Source: a bacterium
Lineage (GTDB): Bacteria; SZUA-182; DTGQ01
Assembly (NCBI GenBank): GCA_040752695.1
Contig: JBFMGO010000105.1
Location: 1-21,131 of the forward strand
DNA: 21,131 nucleotides
Direction: 5' to 3'
Below, in pieces: positions 1-7,322 of this stretch. Numbering within the stretch: the first letter of the stretch is position 1; every line of letters starts with the position of its first letter. The notes under the pieces were generated by a model. The model was not told the origin of the DNA. It saw only the letters and a list, made by a program, of their open reading frames with translations, and searched no databases. The position numbers and the translations under genes are program-made.

Positions 1-431
1 CCTTTAGCGCTAAAGATCAATTGCGCTTGAGTAACTACTACGCCATCAACCGTTACCTTGCCGTCCATTATTCCTCCGGTACGTATGATCTTTACCGGAG
101 TCATTTCGATGATCAGGACATCGCCCGGAACTACCGGCTTTAAAAATCTGGCTCTTACTCCTCCAAATAAAAACGAAGGCTGGCTTTGTTGAAGATGCGC
201 ATATGATAGTTTAAAAAACACAATCGAAGCCTGGGCCATAGCTTCTAAAATCAAAGCTCCCGGCATCACTGCTTCTTCAGGAAAATGTCCCTGAAAAAAC
301 ACTTCATTACCGGAAATATTCTTGATGCCGGTGATCTTTTTCTCCGGCTCGTACTCTATGACCTTGTCCAGCATGAGAAAAGGAAACCGCTGGGGCAAAA
401 GCTTTTTTATTTCCTCGAAGTTAAGCACCAT
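1..431 (-). CDS. fabZ: 3-hydroxyacyl-ACP dehydratase FabZ family (3' end outside window)
   Basis: Not in the ORF track because it is open to the window edge. Manual translation from ATG 431 gives MVLNFEEIKKLLPQRFPFLMLDKVIEYEPEKKITGIKNISGNEVFFQGHFPEEAVMPGALILEAMAQ...ARFLKPVVPGD, with the catalytic His (GHFP) and Glu (LEAMAQ) intact. AAGGAG RBS upstream. Confidence 0.93.
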   Translation of the reverse strand, partial: MVLNFEEIKKLLPQRFPFLMLDKVIEYEPEKKITGIKNISGNEVFFQGHFPEEAVMPGALILEAMAQASIVFFKLSYAHLQQSQPSFLFGGVRARFLKPVVPGDVLIIEMTPVKIIRTGGIMDGKVTVDGVVVTQAQLIFSAK

Positions 432-440
432 CTTGAGAGT

Positions 441-701
441 TTACTCCTTAGAGGAGAGCAAATTTTTTACCAAATCTACCGTCTGCTGTAAATTATTTAA
501 TTTAGTCAATTCTTTTTCAGTGATTCTGATCCTGTATTTTTTTTCCAATTTGGCCAGAATTTCCAGCGCCGTCATGGAATCAAAGCCGAGATCCTTTACA
601 AAGTCGATGTCACTTCCAATTTCTTCTTCATCCCTTTCCGCTATTTCAGCGATCATGGTCCGGATCTCCTGCTCAAGATTTTCCACATTTTTCCTGCTCA
701 T
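441..701 (-). CDS. acyl carrier protein
   Basis: 86 aa with DLGFDSM phosphopantetheine attachment motif and LEKKYRIRI; lies between a KS-fold gene and fabZ; AAGAGGAAGG RBS upstream. Confidence 0.93.
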   Translation of the reverse strand: MSRKNVENLEQEIRTMIAEIAERDEEEIGSDIDFVKDLGFDSMTALEILAKLEKKYRIRITEKELTKLNNLQQTVDLVKNLLSSKE

Positions 702-2160
702 AAAGCGTTTCCTTCCTCTTGTTGATACTTTCCTCAGATGAAATGATAAGTGAAATATAATTGCCGTTTGGACTAAAGGAATTGATCATTACCCTGCTGA
801 CCCTGGCTTTTCTGCATTGCCGAGGAACATAGTCCAGGTCGCAGGCCGTATCTTTCTCCTGGTAATTGATCGTTGGCGGGATAATCCCCTTGTTGATAGC
901 TAAAAGGCCGGCCATTATCTGAAAACTGCCTGTTACGCTGTAGCCTTCCCCAAGCATGGATTTAACAGCGGTTATGGGCAGTGTCAGGGCTCTCTCGCCA
1001 AAGACTTCCTTGATGGCCTGTGTTTCCAGCCAGTCACCCAGGAGAGTGGAATTTGCACTGGCACAGATAAGATCTATGTCTTGTGCACTTACATGGGAAT
1101 CTTTCAAAGCACGCTGCATGGCCTTCACTGCGCCATCCACATGGGGGTGATAAATGCTCGAATTTTGGGATGGGTCAAAAGCGCTTCCAAAACCGGCTAT
1201 CTCTCCATACACCTTCGCACCTCTCTCCCGGGCATGCCGGAGGTCCTCGAAGACCAAAAACCCTGCTCCTTCTCCTAAGATCAGCCCGTTTCTCCTCTTA
1301 TCAAAGGGCATGGATTGCTCCACTCTCCCCTGTTGAGGATTTGAAGCTGACAGGCATCCATTTTTATAAAAGCCCAAAAATGTCTGCTGGCAGAGCTCTT
1401 CCACTGCACCGGTCAAGATGGTGCTTACCCGGTTCAACCGTATACAGTCACAGGCATAGAGAGCAGCATTGAGAGCTGAACAAAAACCGCTTGAAATCGT
1501 GGCGTTCAACCCTCTGATATCAAACATGATTGAAGCCTGACTGGCGGGTGAATTGATCACGGTATTGGGAAAAAGCGCCGGATTTACGTACGATGGGCCG
1601 TCAATCAGGGCGGTCTTATCAAATTCACTGATGCTGTGGACACTCCCCATCGTCGTTCCCACTACAACGCCGGTATCATACGTATTGGCCTGTCCAACCT
1701 CTAATGCGCTATCCTCCAAGGCCAGACGAGCAGCTACATTTACCAGTTGAGTACTTCGATCGAGGGATCGTAAACCCTTTTTTCCCAGGAAACGGGCAGC
1801 ATTAAAATCCGTGATTTCACCTGCCTTCCTGGAGCTGTATTTGTCGGTATCAAACATCGTGATAGGCCGTATTCCAGATACGCCTTTTGTTAAGCTTTCC
1901 CAAAACTGATCCTTACCCGTACCGTTCGGTGCCACTACTCCGATGCCGGTAATTACCATGCGGTCTTTTTCAGGATCGCGAACTCTCCTGCCGGAGAAAA
2001 GCAGCTTCTGAAATTCATCCATCTGCATCCGGCGGTCAAACCGCCGCCGGTCCCGGAAGGTGATTGGCACCTGCTGCTTTCTCCTGTCCTGCTTTCTTTT
2101 CTCTTCATCCATAAGGTTTTTTACTGAAAAGTTTTTTATCGAAAGAATCCGGTTACCCAT
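673..2160 (-). CDS. beta-ketoacyl-ACP synthase (FabF-fold) protein, probably non-catalytic chain-length-factor-like subunit, with Arg-rich N-terminal extension
   Basis: FabF motifs MVITGIGVV, GVSGIRPI, PFDKRRNGLILGEGAG, IPPTINY, INSFS. Catalytic positions are substituted: TAC to SGF, NAHGTST to CASANST, KSMTGH to KSMLGE. Start uncertain (2160 or 2112). 3' end overlaps the ACP gene by 29 nt. Confidence 0.88.
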   Translation of the reverse strand: MGNRILSIKNFSVKNLMDEEKRKQDRRKQQVPITFRDRRRFDRRMQMDEFQKLLFSGRRVRDPEKDRMVITGIGVVAPNGTGKDQFWESLTKGVSGIRPITMFDTDKYSSRKAGEITDFNAARFLGKKGLRSLDRSTQLVNVAARLALEDSALEVGQANTYDTGVVVGTTMGSVHSISEFDKTALIDGPSYVNPALFPNTVINSPASQASIMFDIRGLNATISSGFCSALNAALYACDCIRLNRVSTILTGAVEELCQQTFLGFYKNGCLSASNPQQGRVEQSMPFDKRRNGLILGEGAGFLVFEDLRHARERGAKVYGEIAGFGSAFDPSQNSSIYHPHVDGAVKAMQRALKDSHVSAQDIDLICASANSTLLGDWLETQAIKEVFGERALTLPITAVKSMLGEGYSVTGSFQIMAGLLAINKGIIPPTINYQEKDTACDLDYVPRQCRKARVSRVMINSFSPNGNYISLIISSEESINKRKETLYEQEKCGKS

Positions 2161-2197
2161 ATGAAAAATGATGGCCTTAAAATTATTTACTTAATAA

Positions 2198-2214
2198 TGC
2201 AAAAATCAGGCCAA
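2198..2214 (-). promoter_or_regulatory. sigma-54 (RpoN) -24/-12 promoter
   Basis: Minus strand reads TTGGCCTGATTTTTGCA, exact GG-N10-GC spacing, close to TGGCACG-N4-TTGCW, in AT-rich intergenic DNA about 40 nt upstream of the KS-like ORF. Confidence 0.75.
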
Positions 2215-2291
2215 TAGTTCTATTGTGTGATATTATTATCGTATTATATTGTTTTTGCGTCAAAATTTAAGAAGGAAATAAAATCAGGAAG

Positions 2292-3488
2292 TTATCCACA
2301 AAATTCAAGCGTGAATTTTGATCCGTGATCAAGGGTACTTTCTCCGTGGACATGCCCGTTATGAAAAGCCATTACCTGTTCAACAATATTAAGTCCGATG
2401 CCGGGGCGGGCAACCGGATACTTGCTGAAACTCATGAGGGGCTTGAAAATATCCTGCAGGTTGTCTGGTTCTATGCCGCATCCATTGTCAGTAATTTCAA
2501 GATAGATACGCTTTTCCCCCAGGCGGGTCTCGTGCCATGTCTTAAGCTGAATAATCCCTTCCTCAGAGAAATTGCCCTTATCCAGACGGCTTTCCTCAAT
2601 AGCCTGCTTGGCATTAACCAGCAGTTCCTCAATGGCGATTTGCACGGCGTTCTTGACCATATGAAGCCTGGGAAGTGTACTATCCAGGATGGTAATAATT
2701 CTTATCCCCTGCCAATTCCGCCGAAGTCCTCTTTTGATAAAGGCCCTGGTAAAATCGATGGATAGAAGAACCACTTGGTTGAGATCATCAAATTCCATTT
2801 GCGCCTGGAGTCTGGGGATATCAAAATCCGTAAGCCGGTATACCTCATCGATTCTCTGCATAAGAGATTTGAGCCGGCTGAGCTGGAGAGTAAGGTTTTC
2901 ATCAATATTTTTTTCTCCAACCTGTTTGGTCAAAGCTCCCATGACCGATGAGAGCCATTCATTGAGTCTGAGACCAAAATGACCGATAGCGGAAAGTTTT
3001 TTCTGTACAGCAAGCCTTTTGAGCATCTGCTCGTTTTCTTTCTGAAGCCGGTCTCTTTCCTTTCTTATGTAATACAGCTCAACAGCCTGTTTAACCAATA
3101 TTTCCTTATCCTCGATGGATGCCTGCTTGGGAATGAAGCGGTATATTTCACCCTTATTGATAGCTTCAATAGCGGCCTCGAGATCCGTATACCCGGTGAT
3201 CAATATCCTGACACTGTTCGGGGAAATCAGGCGTGCTTCGGCTAAAAAGGCGGAACCCTCCATTTTGGGCATTCTTTGGTCAGAGATGATTACTGCATAC
3301 TCTTTAGATCGGATCATCTCAAGAGCTTTTTCAGGATCATCGGCAGTCTCCAGACAGAAAGTATCCTCAAGGTAAAGCCGAAGGGATTCCAATACTACAG
3401 GGTCATCATCGATCAAAAAAACTGGGTATTCCAGGTAATTCAGCTCATTTTCTCTGTGATCCACCAAATTTTCTATTTCTCCTCGCAA
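2292..3488 (-). CDS. hybrid receiver / histidine-kinase-like protein with degenerate H-box
   Basis: N-terminal receiver (LIDDD, SDQRMP, ITGY, FIPK), coiled coil, HATPase N/G1/G2 boxes (ELLVNAKQA, DNGCGI, GIGLNIV). H-box region reads LSAIGHFGLRLNEWLSSV. True start may be TTG 3467 or GTG 3464 after GAGGAG. Confidence 0.88.
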   Translation of the reverse strand: MRGEIENLVDHRENELNYLEYPVFLIDDDPVVLESLRLYLEDTFCLETADDPEKALEMIRSKEYAVIISDQRMPKMEGSAFLAEARLISPNSVRILITGYTDLEAAIEAINKGEIYRFIPKQASIEDKEILVKQAVELYYIRKERDRLQKENEQMLKRLAVQKKLSAIGHFGLRLNEWLSSVMGALTKQVGEKNIDENLTLQLSRLKSLMQRIDEVYRLTDFDIPRLQAQMEFDDLNQVVLLSIDFTRAFIKRGLRRNWQGIRIITILDSTLPRLHMVKNAVQIAIEELLVNAKQAIEESRLDKGNFSEEGIIQLKTWHETRLGEKRIYLEITDNGCGIEPDNLQDIFKPLMSFSKYPVARPGIGLNIVEQVMAFHNGHVHGESTLDHGSKFTLEFCG

Positions 3489-3551
3489 AAGGCAACAGCA
3501 TAATGAATGGATTATACGTTGCCCGTCCCTGTTTTATTCTGCGTAAGTCAG

Positions 3552-3672
3552 GCAGATATAACCGTTATGCGTGTGCACTGAGCGGACATAATCGTTACGC
3601 AGACATAGCCGTTATGCAGACATATATTCACTCTACCTAAATATTCGCTCTACCGATATAACCGTTATATCG
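3552..3672. repeat. degenerate 17-bp repeat array with palindromic core in a divergent intergenic region
   Basis: gcagatataaccgttat 3552, gcggacataatcgttac 3582, gcagacatagccgttat 3599, partial copy 3616, accgatataaccgttat 3652; perfect palindrome cgatataac-c-gttatatcg 3654-3672. Confidence 0.8.
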
Positions 3673-3808
3673 ATGAAATTATCTCTTATAGCAAGAGCAT
3701 AGGTTATACTGAAAATCTTTTCGGCTCATCATACGGGCAACTTCAGCCGCGTCTCTCATTTTTTTCAATCGCATAACCACTTCTGCCATTATACTACCTG
3801 CGACCGGC

Positions 3809-5533
3809 ATGATAGGCGATTTAACAGGCGATTCAGGACACGCGCTGGTAATTTCCCCTATTCTCTCGGTAAACTTTCCAAAAAGTTTTCGACCGGAGTG
3901 GCCGATAACTATGACGATCAGTAAAATGGCACAGAGCATTTGCAATTGCCCTATTCTGATGATGGACGATGGTAAAACACTATGCGGTTATATTCGATTC
4001 TATAAGGTACCTGACGTGAGAAGAGCGGATATCGTTAAGGGCATTCACCAGCACATTGATGTACGGAACCTGGCTGACTTTGTCACCGAGGCTGTCCATC
4101 AGCTCTTATCATGCCCTGTATCGCTCTTTTTGAGAGACCCGAAGAAAAAAAAATTCGTGCTTCAGTCACAAAGAGGCATGAATATCCCGGAAGATCAAAT
4201 TCCCGATACGGGAGGAGCGATCGTCCAGTGGTTTATGTCCACCAATAAACATTGCCTGACGCAAAAATATGTTCTTGCCAAAAGCGGCCTTCCGGTCAAA
4301 GGAGAGGATCTTCAGGAATTAGAAAGTCTTGGTGCCCAGCTCTGCCTGGCCTTAAGATCGGCTGATGATGAGATCATCGGCCTTTTGAATATCGGCAAAA
4401 AGCAAAACAGCACCAACTACTCGATAGGGGAGGTAAAGGCACTGAAGGAAATAGCCGGGCAGGTTGCCTTTGCCATTGATAAAATCGGAGCCTACACCAA
4501 GATAATAGAAGAGCGAATCTATGCGAATTGGGGGAAAATGGCTCTTCAGGTGGCCCATGATTTAAACAGCCCGCTGAATAATATCAATGTATTTTTACAG
4601 CTTTTAGCCCAGGACTCAAGATGGAAGGAGGTGGTAGGACCGGATCTGGCTGACAGGTTCTTCCCCATTGCCTGGAAAGAGATCGAAAGGGCAATAACCA
4701 TCATCAAAGACCTGCTCGTATATGCCCGCCCTGTCAGGACAAGGTCTTTTTTTCTGCATCGGCTCCTGGATCAGGCCCTTGAGATTTGCTCTGTGCGCCT
4801 TCAGGAAAATGCGACAGATGTACAGTGTCAATATCATACTGGCGAGATACTCATCGCAGGTGAGCCTGAACAGTTAACCAGGGTATTTGTGAATCTAATC
4901 CACAATGCCATCGATGCTATGGAGGGAAGGGCGAAGAAAAAGCTGTCTATCCGGACGGAAAAGGAAGGTCAATCAGTGAAGATTTCTGTGCATGACACAG
5001 GAAAGGGAATCCCGGAAGAAATCAAGGATAGTCTATTCACACCATTTGTAACGAGCGGGAAAGAGGACAGACTGGGGCTGGGATTGTCGATTATCGAGCA
5101 TTTTATTGCCCTCAATGGCGGGAGTGTCGAAGTCGTGGCTGGATGTGATGAGGGGACCTGCTTCGTGCTGAGATTACCTGCGGAAAAAAGAGAAGCACAC
5201 AGGCAATTGGCTACTTCGGTTGAAGTTTACTGCATACCTCAAACCGGAATGCTGAGAGCCAGTGATATCAGTACCAGCGGCCTTCGCCTTTCCTGCCACA
5301 AATATATTGCTCCCAATCAATTCATGAAATTGTTTCTTAAGTTGCCGGATAATCCCTCGCCCATTCCAGTTTTGGGAAAAGTAATGTGGACGAGGGAAAT
5401 GTATGGCCGTTGCAGCCTGCCGTATGATGTCGGTCTGGAATTTGTTGATATCGGGAAAGAAAGCCAAGAGCGTATTAAAAAGTGGATGGAATCAACAACA
5501 GAGGTTGATCAGCGCTTTGCTCGCTCATCATGA
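3809..5533 (+). CDS. GAF-domain sensor histidine kinase with C-terminal PilZ domain
   Basis: GAF-like region (IIGLLNIGKK...QVAFAI), intact H-box QVAHDLNSPL, NLIHNAIDAM, DTGKGI, LFTPF, GLGLSI, then PilZ motifs REAHR (RxxxR), DISTSG (DxSxxG), GKVMW, VGLEF. Start uncertain; could be a later ATG. Confidence 0.9.
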   Translation: MIGDLTGDSGHALVISPILSVNFPKSFRPEWPITMTISKMAQSICNCPILMMDDGKTLCGYIRFYKVPDVRRADIVKGIHQHIDVRNLADFVTEAVHQLLSCPVSLFLRDPKKKKFVLQSQRGMNIPEDQIPDTGGAIVQWFMSTNKHCLTQKYVLAKSGLPVKGEDLQELESLGAQLCLALRSADDEIIGLLNIGKKQNSTNYSIGEVKALKEIAGQVAFAIDKIGAYTKIIEERIYANWGKMALQVAHDLNSPLNNINVFLQLLAQDSRWKEVVGPDLADRFFPIAWKEIERAITIIKDLLVYARPVRTRSFFLHRLLDQALEICSVRLQENATDVQCQYHTGEILIAGEPEQLTRVFVNLIHNAIDAMEGRAKKKLSIRTEKEGQSVKISVHDTGKGIPEEIKDSLFTPFVTSGKEDRLGLGLSIIEHFIALNGGSVEVVAGCDEGTCFVLRLPAEKREAHRQLATSVEVYCIPQTGMLRASDISTSGLRLSCHKYIAPNQFMKLFLKLPDNPSPIPVLGKVMWTREMYGRCSLPYDVGLEFVDIGKESQERIKKWMESTTEVDQRFARSS

Positions 5534-5565
5534 CGAAAGTAAGGAACTGATTTGAGCAGCCGGCA

Positions 5566-5615
5566 GAGAGTCTTGAGGAATTTCGTGGAAGAGAGTCTTG
5601 AGGAGTATCGTGGAA
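5566..5615. repeat. 25-bp tandem duplication
   Basis: gagagtcttgaggaatttcgtggaa then gagagtcttgaggagtatcgtggaa (2 mismatches), between the kinase and HD-GYP genes. Confidence 0.85.
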
Positions 5616-5653
5616 GAGAATAACGTTCCATTTCCGAACAAGGAGATTCCAGC

Positions 5654-6688
5654 GTGGAAAGGGATAATCGGAAGGTCCCGCTTATCCTCATTGTCGATGA
5701 TCGTGAGGAGGACAGGGAAGTACTCAGTGGCATTCTGAAGGGCCGGTATGATGTACTGCCGGCCTTGAACGGCGAGGAAGCCCTGAGGGTAATACCAGTG
5801 TATCATCCTGATCTTGTGCTGCTGGACCTTAACATGCCGGGAGGTCTCGACGGAATTCAAACCCTCCAGGAAATCCGAAAGCAGGACAGGAATTTACCGG
5901 TAGTCATCATTACCGGTGTAGGCACCTATGAAAGAAATGTGGAAACCTATCGGCTCGGCGCAAACGATTTTATTGCGAAACCGTACAATATTTGCCAGTT
6001 ACATGAACGCCTTGAAAAAATCCTTGCAGAGCGGGAAAAAAGCGGAAATGAAAACCCTACGGGCGCAATTTGTTTGCCCGTGGAAGAGGAATTTTTTAAA
6101 AAAGAATATCTTAACATGATTCAGGCCTTATGTGAATTGATCGAATTGAAGAATCCCTATACCTACCGCCATTCACAAAAGGTAACGAAATATGCAGTTG
6201 AAATTGCTGAAGAAATGGGCCTCTCACACGAGGAGATCGACCAGGTGAAACAGTCAGGACCGATCCATGACATCGGGAAAATAGGAATCAGCGATGCCAT
6301 TCTCAATAAGCCGGGCGGTCTTACCGACGAAGAGTTCAAGGAAATTAAACGGCACCCGGTTCTGGGCACCAGGGTGCTCAAGCACCTTCGCCTCTTGCAG
6401 CCTGAAATGGCCATCGTAGAGCACCACCATGAACGTTGGGACGGCAGAGGGTATCCGGATGGACTCAGAGGAAACAAGATCCCAAGAGCCTCACGGATTC
6501 TGGCAGTGGCAGATTCCATCGATGCTATGCTATCCAATCGGCCTTACAGGCCGGTTCAGACACTGGAGTATGCCATATCGGAATTACATCGCTGCTGCGG
6601 AACACAGTTTGATCCGGAAGTAGTGGAAGCTTTTTTGGCTGTTTTAAAGCGGAAACCTGATATCATAGAGATTGATAAGCCTCTCTGA
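5654..6688 (+). CDS. response regulator with HD-GYP cyclic-dinucleotide phosphodiesterase domain (RpfG-like)
   Basis: Receiver (VDDRE, LLDLNMP, ITG, AKP) then YTYRHS, HDIGKIG, HHERWDGRGYP, VADSIDAM, RPYR, QFDP. GTG start with AGGAGA RBS. Confidence 0.95.
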   Translation: MERDNRKVPLILIVDDREEDREVLSGILKGRYDVLPALNGEEALRVIPVYHPDLVLLDLNMPGGLDGIQTLQEIRKQDRNLPVVIITGVGTYERNVETYRLGANDFIAKPYNICQLHERLEKILAEREKSGNENPTGAICLPVEEEFFKKEYLNMIQALCELIELKNPYTYRHSQKVTKYAVEIAEEMGLSHEEIDQVKQSGPIHDIGKIGISDAILNKPGGLTDEEFKEIKRHPVLGTRVLKHLRLLQPEMAIVEHHHERWDGRGYPDGLRGNKIPRASRILAVADSIDAMLSNRPYRPVQTLEYAISELHRCCGTQFDPEVVEAFLAVLKRKPDIIEIDKPL

Positions 6689-7322
6689 TGACCGAAATAA
6701 CAAAAATAACAAGAGGTGAAATCAAAATAGTGTATAAAAAACAGGACTGCTGAATACTATCACCCTTTTGCGGCTGCTCACATCCTCGATGTACCAAATC
6801 CTGCCTTCATGACATAAAGTTGGAGGAGTTCCTCGGCGGTGAGGTCCATGTTCAAACGCGACACTGATAAAAGATAATGAAAATTCCCCACCGATAAAAA
6901 CCATCGATTCAGGTAGATGCAGAGGACCTGGTGTATGAATATCTTCTCAACTCGGGACCTCCTTGTGTATGATTTCTCACAGCACTCTCCTCCTATGAAC
7001 TCAGTAAGGCGTTTCCTTAACTTTTTCACTATACTAGAATTCTATTATATTTTAACAAGAAGATATTGTCGTGGCTGACATTGGTATCGTCATAGATCAA
7101 GCTCCCTAACCGGTATATTTTTTGCTCTATTCTCTTTAGATGTGCCCGGTAAAGGCCGCTTAAGGTCAGGGGAAAATTTAGACAACCAAGTATTATCATC
7201 CACTATGCTTTCGCTCTTTTAGTCAATACAGAGCCACTTATATTTCAATCAATTACTGAAAAATGCGAAAGTATGGTAATCCACACACATTCATTATCTG
7301 TAGGTTAAGGAGGAGTAAGCGT

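Noticed and set aside
2257..2272. GTCAAAATTTAAGA as an enhancer-binding-protein site upstream of the sigma-54 promoter
   Set aside because: Only one half-site (GTCA) matches a GTCA-N6-TGAC type palindrome, and it is rather close to the promoter.
3552..3672. CRISPR array or ModE operator
   Set aside because: Repeats are short, mostly abutting and degenerate with no spacer series or cas genes; the CGTTATAT half-site is not in the ModE arrangement and is far from the mod genes.
3927..3944. TGGCACAGAGCATTTGCA as a sigma-54 promoter for the kinase
   Set aside because: GG to GC spacing is 12 nt rather than the required 10.
3679..3945. 88-aa minus-strand ORF
   Set aside because: Overlaps the kinase 5' end in antisense, with no recognisable motif or RBS; cannot be fully excluded if the kinase starts later.
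5530..5550. Mini-ORF MTKVRN overlapping the kinase stop (ATGA)
   Set aside because: Six codons only; expected by chance.
7263..7322. Longer N-terminus for the beta-helix protein
   Set aside because: The strong AGGAGGAG RBS and the signal peptide position favour ATG 7323.
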